The position numbers and the translations under genes were made by a program. Positions 55,707 through 64,000 of a stretch of DNA of 64,000 nt are shown here, one piece after another. Below the pieces are notes generated by a model. That model worked only from the letters and a program-made list of their open reading frames with translations, searched no databases and was not told where the DNA came from. Each line of letters begins with the position of its first letter. Position 1 is the first letter of the stretch. This DNA comes from an uncultured Thermoplasmata archaeon (lineage in GTDB: Archaea > Thermoplasmatota > Thermoplasmata > RBG-16-68-12): the NCBI GenBank assembly GCA_963768855.1, contig CAVYJM010000006.1, positions 576,001 to 640,000 on the forward strand, in the 5' to 3' direction.

Positions 55707-56266
55707 GACGGCTCACGCTTCCCCGGGCATGTCCCCGGCTGGGACCCCCGGACTATAAACGCTTCCGACAAGTGAAATTGACTCGAATCGCGGCCTCATC
55801 GAGCTTGCGACTCCCCGTCACGTGGAAAAGGTCTGGCGAAGTACTGCATGGGTCGTGCGTTCGTGATTGTACCCGCATATACACCGCTGGAGTTGGGAAC
55901 GACGGAGTCGTCCGGTGCCCGGGCTCCTCTCTCCGATCAGGGAAAAAGGAGGGGATGGCGATCGCCCAAAACTTGGAGGGGAAGCGATGGAAGGCCGTTG
56001 AAGGCGACCGTCATCATCCCGAGCGTCGAACCGGCTGCGCGGTCTGTTGGTACGAGTTGCGAAACCGGCATGTCGCTCCCCTAGGCCCGTTTGGGCCCGA
56101 ACTGACACACGCCGCCGTCGCTATTGGAGGGTTCCGAGCATAAAGTATATTCGCGACCCTTCGAACGCGCTCATGGAATCCTTCCCGGCCGCGGGCCTCC
56201 TGAGGATTCGGTATGGAACGTGTCGAGAAACGGAATATAGGACGGCTAGCCTCGCCAAAAGATATA

Positions 56267-56278
56267 TTTACATGTAAA
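56267..56278. promoter_or_regulatory. perfect 12-bp palindrome abutting the TATA box of the PhoU/AbrB gene
   Basis: CCAAAA-GATATA-TTTACATGTAAA. Confidence 0.55.
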
Positions 56279-56322
56279 GGCTAGTTACGAACCGAAGGCA
56301 CGATCGGACGGGGGAAGTCCGT

Positions 56323-57378
56323 ATGGAGAGCCGGAAAATCCAGAAAGTAGGCGCAGCCACATTGACCATCTCCCTCCCCAAGGAGTGGGTCACCCAGCGG
56401 AACCTGAAGAAGGGGGACCAGGTCTTCATCGTCGAGGAGGGCGACTCCCTCCGCATCCTTCCCGGGCCCGCCATGGAGGAGCGGAAGCGGAAGTGGGAGA
56501 CCTACGTGATCGACGCGGATCTGTGCGACGAGCCCGGCCTGCTCGAGCGGATCATCGTCGGGAACTACGTGCTCGGCCGGCAGAAGATCATCGTCCGCTC
56601 GGCGACGCGGCTGCGGAGCGAGCACATCGAGGAGGTCCGGAAGACCTCGAAGAAGCTCATGGGCCTCGGGATCATCGAGGAGACCTCCAGCAAGATCACC
56701 CTCCAGTGCGCCCTCGACCCGGCCAACTACCCGCTGGACGCGCTCGTGAAGCGCCTGTACAACCTCGGCGCGACGATGCTCGAGGAGGCGATCGAGGCCC
56801 TCGTGACGGGCGACCGCCGCCTCGCGGAGGACGCGATCAAGCGCGAGGACGACGCGGACATGATGTACTGGCTCATCCTGCGCCTCGTCCTGAGCGCCCA
56901 GGTCGACGAGGCGCTCGTCGAGCTGCTCGGGATGCGCTCGCGCCTCGAGATCGCCGGGTACCGCGTGATCGCGCGGGACCTGGAGACCGTCGCGGACTAC
57001 TGCGAGACGATCGCGCGGTCCGTGATCCAGCTCCTCGACATGAAGACGGAGATCAGCCCGTCCTTCGCGAAGCAGATCAAGGAGCTCGCCGACGCGGTCA
57101 CGGAGATCTACAGCAAGGCGATCGGAGGCCTGCTTTCGCGGGACATCAAGCAGGCGAACGACGCAATCCGCATGCAGGAAGCCATCGTCAAGCGGGAGCA
57201 CGACCTCGTGCGGATGATGCTCAAGGACTACGACGACACGAAGGTGATCATCCCGCTCCGCACGATCCTGGGCGGGATCGTCGAGATGTCCGAGTACGGG
57301 AACTCGATCGCGGTCATCGCGTTCAACCGCTACCTCGAGAAGCCGACGAACCTGAGCCGCCCCGCGCCGCCGGCGTGA
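56323..57378 (+). CDS. AbrB/SpoVT-domain plus PhoU-domain transcriptional regulator
   Basis: 'RKIQKVG..TLTISLPKEW' N-terminus; PhoU repeats ('EDDADMMYW', 'RDLETVADY', 'MSEYGNSIA'). Confidence 0.9.
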   Translation: MESRKIQKVGAATLTISLPKEWVTQRNLKKGDQVFIVEEGDSLRILPGPAMEERKRKWETYVIDADLCDEPGLLERIIVGNYVLGRQKIIVRSATRLRSEHIEEVRKTSKKLMGLGIIEETSSKITLQCALDPANYPLDALVKRLYNLGATMLEEAIEALVTGDRRLAEDAIKREDDADMMYWLILRLVLSAQVDEALVELLGMRSRLEIAGYRVIARDLETVADYCETIARSVIQLLDMKTEISPSFAKQIKELADAVTEIYSKAIGGLLSRDIKQANDAIRMQEAIVKREHDLVRMMLKDYDDTKVIIPLRTILGGIVEMSEYGNSIAVIAFNRYLEKPTNLSRPAPPA

Positions 57379-57422
57379 GCCGCCCCGCCGCGGGCGGCGT
57401 TGCCCTCCTGTGCGGGAGGCCG

Positions 57423-57460
57423 CGCTTTATATCCTCGCTTTATATCCCCGCTTATATATG
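57423..57460. repeat. three tandem ~13-bp AT-rich direct repeats
   Basis: CGCTTTATATCCT / CGCTTTATATCCC / CGCTTATATATG. Confidence 0.8.
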
Positions 57461-57517
57461 CTCCGGAGAGTATTTTTATAACCTGAGCGGCATGGCGCGG
57501 CCCAAGGTGAACACAAC

Positions 57518-57880
57518 ATGGCAGCTCCACCCCAAGGACCTGGCCCGATGATGCCGCCCCAACCCTACCCGGGGATGTACTACCAGCCGATGTCCCCCGA
57601 GAACATACTCTCGCGGCGCAACGTGTGGTTCGTGAACGTGCTCGGACTCGGCATGATCTGGCTCGCGTTCATCCTGCGGCTCGTGAGCGATGACGTGAAC
57701 CTGCTGAAGTTCGACATCTTCCTGGTCATCTCGGGTGCGGTCCTCGTGGGCCTGACCAACGTGGCCGCCGCGCTCGGCTCCAAGAAGACCACGGACATGC
57801 AGAACCTCGGCCTGTTCATCTGGTCCGGGTTCGTGCTGGCCTTCGCGGCTTCGCTCCTGGCGGCGCTCCGACTCTTCTGA
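57518..57880 (+). CDS. hypothetical 3-TM protein with P/Q/M/Y-rich N-terminus
   Basis: 120 aa; 'MAAPPQGPGPMMPPQPYPGMYYQP' then three hydrophobic helices. Confidence 0.75.
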   Translation: MAAPPQGPGPMMPPQPYPGMYYQPMSPENILSRRNVWFVNVLGLGMIWLAFILRLVSDDVNLLKFDIFLVISGAVLVGLTNVAAALGSKKTTDMQNLGLFIWSGFVLAFAASLLAALRLF

Positions 57881-57919
57881 GCCCGCCCCTTCCCCCTTTT
57901 CGGGTGCGTCCCTTTTCCC

Positions 57920-58789
57920 TCAGCCCATGAGCTCGCGCAGCGCACTCGCGAACTCGGGCGCGACGCTGACCTTCGTGTGCGGTGAGACGATCGTGTCCGT
58001 GGCCACGACCTCGTCGCAGACCTTCAGGTTCTCCTCCGCCCGGCCGACGAACAGGCCGTGGACGCAGGTCGCCAGGACGCGGGTCGCGCCCTGGGCCTTG
58101 AGCTCCTTCGCCGCGGTCGCGATCGTGCCGCCCGTCGAGATGACGTCGTCCACGATCGCCACGGACTTGCCCTTCACGTTCAGTTCCTTCGGCTTCACGC
58201 GGACCGTGTACGAGTCCAGGCGCTCCTTGTCCAGGAAGTCGTACGGCGTCCCGGCGATCGCGGCGGCCTCCTTCGCGAGGCGGACCGCGTTGTCGTCCGG
58301 GGCGAGGAGGAGGTCCACGCCGACGGCCTTCAGGTAGCGTCCGAGGGCGGGGACCCCGCTCACCTCCCGGGCGCGGATCGGGAACATCGCGAGGATGTCC
58401 GGGTTGTGGATCGTCATCGTCAGCATCTCGTCGGCATCGAGGGCGATGTGCTTCATCATCGTCTTCGCGCTGACCGCCTCGCCGTCCGCGAAGCGCTTGT
58501 CCTGCCGCCCGTAGCCGAAGTACGGGATCACGGCCGTGAGGCGGCTCGCGCCCGCGTCGCGGATCGCGTCCGCGAGGAGGAGGTACTCGACGATCATGGG
58601 ATCCGGGTGCGTGGTCTGCACGAGCACGACGTGCTCCCCCGCGACGGACCCGAGGAGGCGGACGTACCGCTCCCCGTCCGGGAAGCCGCCCGGGTGCTTC
58701 TCGAAGCTCGCGTCGACGAAGGGCGCTCCGAGTTGCCGCGCGAGGGCGCGGGCGAGGGGCAGGGACGCCGAGCCGCCGACGACCTTCAC
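57920..58789 (-). CDS. prs: ribose-phosphate pyrophosphokinase
   Basis: 'FPDGERYVR', 'PYFGYGRQD', 'APDDNA', 'IVDDVISTGGT'; GTG start. Confidence 0.95.
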   Translation of the reverse strand: MKVVGGSASLPLARALARQLGAPFVDASFEKHPGGFPDGERYVRLLGSVAGEHVVLVQTTHPDPMIVEYLLLADAIRDAGASRLTAVIPYFGYGRQDKRFADGEAVSAKTMMKHIALDADEMLTMTIHNPDILAMFPIRAREVSGVPALGRYLKAVGVDLLLAPDDNAVRLAKEAAAIAGTPYDFLDKERLDSYTVRVKPKELNVKGKSVAIVDDVISTGGTIATAAKELKAQGATRVLATCVHGLFVGRAEENLKVCDEVVATDTIVSPHTKVSVAPEFASALRELMG

Positions 58790-58907
58790 GCTGGCACCGC
58801 GCGACGGATTCGCCACGGCGTATTTGAAGTGTCGGACGCGTGACGCGGCCGATAATGGCCTCCGAGCGTTCTTATACGCACGGGACGGGTCGGCGAAGGA
58901 GAGGGCC

Positions 58908-60119
58908 ATGGGCCTCGAGGCGTGGGCCGCGAAGATGGCGACGCACCGCCGAGCCCTGGGGCTCGTGGGGCTGCTCGTCGCCTTCACCGGCGTGAGCATG
59001 GTCCTGAATCCGACCCACGCGACGGACCTGACGTGGATCGGCGTCGTACTCCTGGTCGTCGGGGCGGTCCTGTTCGCGATCCTCCTCTGGCCCCAGGCCG
59101 CGGCTCAGGCGCCAGTCGAGACGCCGTCCCTCGGGGCGCGCCTCATCCGCCGCCTTGCGTGGGACGGGCGCCTGATCCGGCTCTTCCCCGCGCTCGGCGT
59201 CGCGCTCGTCGTCCTCGACCTGGGATACAACCTCGTCCTGTCCGCCTCGCCCGCTCTCCTGACGGAGGACATCATCGTGCTGCTGTCCGCCGCAGCGCTC
59301 CTCGGGTACGGCTTCGTGCCATCGCGGTACGCGCGGGAGCGGGACTTCGTGCTCCTGTTCTTCCTGTTCCTCGACCTCATCCTGGTCGTCCCGCTCCTGG
59401 TCGCCCGGGTTGTGACCCACAGCGCGGACGCCTCCGTGGATGCGTATTCGTGGACCGCCCTCGCGCCGGAGGTCGGCGCGATTCTCTCCGGCCTGGGCGT
59501 CGCGAACTCCGTGCACGCGGTCTCCGGCTACACGGCGCCCGGGCTGACCTTCAGCCCGGTGCAGATCGGCGCTTCCGTGACCCTCGTGATCACGACGTCC
59601 TGCTCCGGGATCTACTCGTTCGGCATCTTCGCGGCCGCCTACGTCTCCTTCCTGACGACGGAGTACGCGCACCCATCGCGGCGCCTGTGGCTCCTCCTCG
59701 GCCTGGGCTTCGCCGCATCGTACGTCGCGAACCTGTTGCGCATGGTCATCATCGTTCTCGTCGGCTACTACATGGACACGGCCGCCTCGGACCTGCAGAA
59801 CCTGCTCCTCGCGCATTCCTACGCGGGCTGGATCATCTTCCTCGCGTGGCTCGCCCTGTTCTGGGGACTCTTGTTCAGGTTCCTGCCGATGGAGAAGGAG
59901 GAGCCCGAGGCCCGGTCTGCGGAGGTCGCCTCGCCTCCGGCGAGGGCTCGAGGCGCGATGTGCGCGATCTGCGCCAAATCGCTGAGCCCTGCGATCCCCG
60001 CGACGCGGTGCGCCTGCGGCACGTACTATCATCGGGCGTGTGGGGCCACGGCGGGAGAGTGCCCGGTCTGTCATCGAAAAACGAGCGCGGTGTCCGGTGG
60101 GATTCCGAGCGGGGACTAG
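58908..60119 (+). CDS. archaeosortase/exosortase family protein with C-terminal C4HC3 zinc finger
   Basis: Triad-like 'TSCSGIYS', 'ANLLRMV', 'HSYAGW'; tail C-x2-C-x12-C-x-C-x4-H-x2-C-x6-C-x2-C. Confidence 0.85.
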   Translation: MGLEAWAAKMATHRRALGLVGLLVAFTGVSMVLNPTHATDLTWIGVVLLVVGAVLFAILLWPQAAAQAPVETPSLGARLIRRLAWDGRLIRLFPALGVALVVLDLGYNLVLSASPALLTEDIIVLLSAAALLGYGFVPSRYARERDFVLLFFLFLDLILVVPLLVARVVTHSADASVDAYSWTALAPEVGAILSGLGVANSVHAVSGYTAPGLTFSPVQIGASVTLVITTSCSGIYSFGIFAAAYVSFLTTEYAHPSRRLWLLLGLGFAASYVANLLRMVIIVLVGYYMDTAASDLQNLLLAHSYAGWIIFLAWLALFWGLLFRFLPMEKEEPEARSAEVASPPARARGAMCAICAKSLSPAIPATRCACGTYYHRACGATAGECPVCHRKTSAVSGGIPSGD

Positions 60120-60122
60120 GCC

Positions 60123-60536
60123 TCAGATCCCGAGGATCTCGGACAGCTCGCGGCTGAGGCGCTGGACCTCGATCCGCACGAGGCCGAGGTTCGCGAAGCC
60201 CTCGAGGACGACGATCACGGAGAGCTGGCCCTCCGCGACGTTCGAGACGAAGACGGTCGAGTCGGGGCCGACCATGACGACCTCGTTCGGGCCGGCGAGG
60301 GCGAGGTTCTGGTAGACGCGCTGGGACGACTGGATCGCCATCGTCGCCATCGCGGTGACCGTGAGGACGTTCGCGCGCGTCGTGAAGGACGAGGACACGG
60401 GGAGGCCGCTCTTGTCCGCGATTGCGACGCCGCGGACGCCGTCGACGCGGGACTGGAACGCGCTGAGGAGGGCCTGGAGCTTCTCGGCGGGTCCGTCCGC
60501 CGTGATCTCGATCTCGGCCGTCTTCATGGGTGTCAT
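60123..60536 (-). CDS. Roadblock/LC7 (MglB-like) domain protein
   Basis: 'GVRGVAIADKSGLPV', 'AMATMAI', 'NLGLVRIEVQR'. Confidence 0.85.
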   Translation of the reverse strand: MTPMKTAEIEITADGPAEKLQALLSAFQSRVDGVRGVAIADKSGLPVSSSFTTRANVLTVTAMATMAIQSSQRVYQNLALAGPNEVVMVGPDSTVFVSNVAEGQLSVIVVLEGFANLGLVRIEVQRLSRELSEILGI

Positions 60537-60746
60537 GGCATCCCCGTCGGGGTTCTCATCCGCTTCTCGTGAGTCCTCCTTGCACGTCCCGGCGTAATAA
60601 AGGGGTACTCAAGAAAACCCGACAAGGTCAGGAATCGGGTCGCGCGCCCGTAGACCTCGCGCCCACGGGTAGCGATTGAACCGCTGAGACCCGTTTCCTT
60701 CTCCGGGATTGGAACCTTTAAGGGGCTGGGGGGGTTCGGGGCCGCA

Positions 60747-62249
60747 GTGTTTCGGGCCCGGACCGCGCAGAACGTCGCAATTAACGTCGCCCTGCAATGG
60801 CTGAACCGCCTCCTCGGGATCGTCACGAAGATCGTGCTGGTCCGGCTTCTCTTCCCTGACGATTTCGGAGTCTTCGCCCTCGCTAGCGGGCTCATCGGGT
60901 TCGTCGGCACGTTCGGCAACTTCGGCTTGGACTATGCGATCATCCAGAAGAACGACACGGCGACTAAAGAAGACTACGACGTCGGCATGAGCCTCCGGAT
61001 CATCATCGCGGTGGGCCTATTCGTCATATCGTTAGTCGTCGCAGGACCGTGGGCGTCGCTCTTTGGAAGTCCCGTCGTCGGGCCGACGACGCAAGTCCTC
61101 GCCCTCATGTATATCTTCGGCATTTGGTCCTTTGTACCGGGTACTCGCCTCGTCACAGAACTGCGCTACCGCGCAATTGCGATCCCAAGCCTCGCCGCAC
61201 AGGTCGCCAACACCGTCGTATCTATCCTGCTTGCCTTTGCCGGGTACGGCGTGTGGGCGCTTGTGTGGGGCTCGGTGGTGTCGGTTGCCATATCGACCGG
61301 GACGTACTGGGTCCTTCATCCTTGGCGGTTCCGTTTCTCGCTGAAGCGGAGCGTAGCGACGCCGCTCCTGAAGTATGCGCAACACCTGACCAGCGCCGCG
61401 GTGCTCGCGTTCCTCATTACGAACATCGACAACTTCGCCGTCGGGAAGTTACTGGGTACCTATCAGCTCGGGTTCTACGCCGTTGCCTACGGGTACGGCT
61501 ATCTTCCGGTGTCGATGTTCTCCGGTCCCGCGGGCCAAGCTTTCTTCCCATCCCTGACGAAGATCCAAGGGGAGCTCGCCTCTCTGAAGCGAGGATACCT
61601 CGAAGGATTCGGATACGCTATGGCGATTATCGCCCCCGCAGCGATTGGGATGGCCGTGCTGTCGCCGGAGATTGTGAATATACTTTTCGGTCCTCTCTGG
61701 GCGCCGGCGACGCTCCCGCTCCTCGTGCTCTCGTTCTACGGATTGTTTCGGGCGATCATCGACTTCGGCTCTCCGCTGTTCGGGGCGATAGGGAAACCGA
61801 GGATCATCGCGGAGCTCAATCTTTACATCCTCATCCTGTCCCTCATACCCCTGGTTCCTCTCACCCTGTACGCGGGAATCGTCGGAACCTCGTTAGCCAT
61901 GACGATACCCGTGGTAATCGTAGCGGTGCTCTCTATCTGGAAGTCCGCCAAGGTGGTTGGTGGGAAGATGAGCGAGTTCTACGCGCGCCTGCGAGGTCCG
62001 ATAATGGCAACGGAGGCAATGGGTGTGGGGGTCTTTGCTCTCCGGTTTGCGCTTCTAGAGATTCTCCCGTCACGTGTACCCTTCCCACTCTCTCCCCACG
62101 GAGTCAGCGAGGTGACTATTGTGCTAGCCGTAGGTGTTTCTGCGGGGATGTTGCTATACTTCGGAGTCCTTCGGCTCGTTGACCGCGAAACATACGATGG
62201 GTTTACGCGAACCATTGCGATGGTGGTCCGCCGAGGCGCTCGCCGATAG
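60747..62249 (+). CDS. polysaccharide/oligosaccharide flippase (Wzx/PST family)
   Basis: 'LVRLLFPDDFG', 'FGLDYAIIQK', 'NIDNFAVGKLLG..QLGFYAVAY'; ~12-14 TM. Confidence 0.9.
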   Translation: MFRARTAQNVAINVALQWLNRLLGIVTKIVLVRLLFPDDFGVFALASGLIGFVGTFGNFGLDYAIIQKNDTATKEDYDVGMSLRIIIAVGLFVISLVVAGPWASLFGSPVVGPTTQVLALMYIFGIWSFVPGTRLVTELRYRAIAIPSLAAQVANTVVSILLAFAGYGVWALVWGSVVSVAISTGTYWVLHPWRFRFSLKRSVATPLLKYAQHLTSAAVLAFLITNIDNFAVGKLLGTYQLGFYAVAYGYGYLPVSMFSGPAGQAFFPSLTKIQGELASLKRGYLEGFGYAMAIIAPAAIGMAVLSPEIVNILFGPLWAPATLPLLVLSFYGLFRAIIDFGSPLFGAIGKPRIIAELNLYILILSLIPLVPLTLYAGIVGTSLAMTIPVVIVAVLSIWKSAKVVGGKMSEFYARLRGPIMATEAMGVGVFALRFALLEILPSRVPFPLSPHGVSEVTIVLAVGVSAGMLLYFGVLRLVDRETYDGFTRTIAMVVRRGARR

Positions 62250-62287
62250 GGCTGCCGGGCAGCTCACTGGCATTTCGGGTGCCGATT

Positions 62288-63160
62288 CTACGCGATACCA
62301 TCCTCGTGGCGAGGTCCTACGTGTGTGTTGCTGGGAGAGTCGCGAGATTGGCTGCCTTCCGCGCCACTATCACAAACCCGGCAGGAATTTCTGTCCCAAC
62401 CTATACGTCTTCGACCTTCTTAGTTGATCAGGAGCCGTAAGCAGGAGGATTGCAGACAGAAGGGAGAGTCTCAGAGGCGGTTGTGCCGTCCCCGTCCTGG
62501 GGAGGCCGCGGTACCAGAGGCTGTACAAGACGGCACTCAACCCTCCTCGTGTGGTAGAACGAGTCTTCGACTACCATCCCTTGCTCCTCCAATCTGCGCT
62601 CGAGGTCTTCGGGTCGGTAGTGCCTCAGGTGACCCACTGCTTGGTCGAATGATTCCCCGAAGAACTTGGGACACCTTCCCCGTGGGCACGGAAATCACAA
62701 GACGGCCACCCGCACGAAGTGCTCGTGAAACTGCTTCGAGTGCACGTCCCTCATCATGGATGTGTTCCAAGACATCGATCGCGAGGACTTGGTCTACAGA
62801 CTGTCACTGAAGGAACCATGTCGAGGCGTCTGCAGCCGGGATTTCGAATCTGCTCTCATGCGGTATGCCTCTCAGTCGCCACCTCGGGTAGAAGGCCTCA
62901 TCAACCGTGTAGATGGCCGCGACGCAAGACGAGCCGGTGTCCCCGACAAAGGCGATCATCATGTTGCCGTCTCGTGCGCCAATTTCGACAGTATACCCGC
63001 CGGGAGTGGATAGCCGCCTCACCGCTTGGAGTCGAAGGTGGGAGTGCAAGTCCTGCAACCCAAAGAGGTGGACTAAAGTACACGCCAGCGAGACCTTCCC
63101 GTGAAGTTGGGCTTTGAGGACATCCGCCATCCATGATCCATAGGCACTCGGCACTACCAC
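62288..63160 (-). pseudogene. class I SAM-dependent methyltransferase, several frameshifts
   Basis: Pieces in different frames: 'TVEIGARDG', 'VDQVLAIDVLEHIHDE..AL....RAL..GGRLVISVP', 'GHLRHY..EDL', 'GFVIVARK'; ends approximate. Confidence 0.7.
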
Positions 63161-63172
63161 ACTCCGCTGAAC

Positions 63173-64000
63173 TCAATTGGAGACGGGCTCAATCAGGTCG
63201 GCTCTCGGGGGCCTTTTGTGGAGCGGGTAAGTGAGGCCGTCAAATTGACCTTTCAGTGTTGACCAAAGCACTCTTCGATTCTTCCTGGCCGCAAACGCTA
63301 GGAGAGTCCTTAGCTGGGTGCTCCCGAAGTCATACGTATACCACGCGAGAAAATGAGGAGGACTGAGATGCTTGCGGGCTAACAGAATCCTACTGCGGGC
63401 TGAGTGATAGGCTCTAAACGGGGTTTGGATGGCTCGGTTGTCCGAGACTTTGTGATCGGCAACGGCGCTCGGAACGTACACTGACCCGATGCCTCGCTCC
63501 TTTCCCCGAAGACACCAGTCAATGTCGTCTTGATACATGAAGAATGACTCGTCGAGACCGCCGATCTGATCAATCACCTCACGTCGGACCAACATAGCTG
63601 CACCGTTCGGAGCCCCAATCCTCAGCTCTTGGTTGAACTGACCAAGATCCTTGACTTCGTATCCAATATAAAAACGATCGAGAAAGAAGCCGAAGTCATT
63701 CCCGATTGTCTGGATGATTTGGTCTTCGCGGTTGTCCGCTATGTAGACTTTGCCTCCAAAGAAGCCCGCCTCGGGGTGCGAGCGTGCGGCAGCCGTTAAC
63801 TGCAGCAGGAAGTCCGGTCGGAGGCAGGCGTCAGCGTCGAGTTTGAGCACGAAGTCGAACCTCCTCTTGGCCTCCTCTAAACCCCTGTTGAAAGCCGCCG
63901 GAAACCCTTGGTCGGTTGTGAGCTCAACGAGATTTGTCGGCACTGAGTTCCGTCGATATTCCGCGATTACGGCTCGAGCACGCTCTCGACACTCCGGAGT
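63173..64000 (-). CDS. GT2 family glycosyltransferase, 5' end outside the window
   Basis: 'GFPAAFNRG', 'KLDAD', 'GAAMLVRR', 'LDESFFMYQDDIDWCLR'; frame open to the window edge. Confidence 0.9.
   Translation of the reverse strand, partial: TPECRERARAVIAEYRRNSVPTNLVELTTDQGFPAAFNRGLEEAKRRFDFVLKLDADACLRPDFLLQLTAAARSHPEAGFFGGKVYIADNREDQIIQTIGNDFGFFLDRFYIGYEVKDLGQFNQELRIGAPNGAAMLVRREVIDQIGGLDESFFMYQDDIDWCLRGKERGIGSVYVPSAVADHKVSDNRAIQTPFRAYHSARSRILLARKHLSPPHFLAWYTYDFGSTQLRTLLAFAARKNRRVLWSTLKGQFDGLTYPLHKRPPRADLIEPVSN

Noticed and set aside
55955-56143. 62-aa ORF with GGAGG and a CAVC motif in the hydrogenase-phoU gap
   Set aside because: Many A/T-ending codons unlike real genes here, and no other supporting motif
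62804-62806. In-frame TGA in the methyltransferase as selenocysteine or read-through
   Set aside because: Adjacent bases re-frame to the usual 'PFSD.SVD' motif with two missing nucleotides, and the gene has other frameshifts; no reason for Sec at this position

Overview
High-GC archaeal chromosomal window, most consistent with an uncultured Thermoplasmata lineage (archaeal 16S unlinked from 23S, N-terminally extended eL41, class I CCA-adding enzyme, intron-containing tRNA-Trp). It is mostly housekeeping and energy metabolism; I see no integrase, transposase or CRISPR array. Main blocks: (1) amine/solute genes, tRNA-Ser, fused trehalose-6-P synthase/phosphatase and a stand-alone 16S rRNA (1-13 kb); (2) tRNA-Trp with a C/D-guide intron and two paralogous long coiled-coil proteins; (3) an aerobic respiration module (A2-type heme-copper oxidase with divergent subunit I and II genes, tandem blue-copper protein, half-size heme A synthase, Zn-finger-thioredoxin plus VKOR, ZIP-like transporter) and a YHS-type CopA locus; (4) an anaerobic ferredoxin module (IOR, POR-type oxidoreductase, hypC/hypA, a DUF6390-like protein with an apparent internal HypC domain, and a 12-gene group 4 [NiFe]-hydrogenase operon with two antiporter-like subunits fused); (5) PhoU/AbrB regulator, PRPP synthetase, an archaeosortase with a C4HC3 zinc finger, a Roadblock protein and the start of a lower-GC glycosylation cluster. 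Single-base indels at ~38.7-39.7 kb, ~51.67 kb and ~62.3-62.8 kb look like assembly errors or recent pseudogenisation, so the 1611-aa ORF should not be taken at face value. All family assignments are by eye from motifs; no searches were run.
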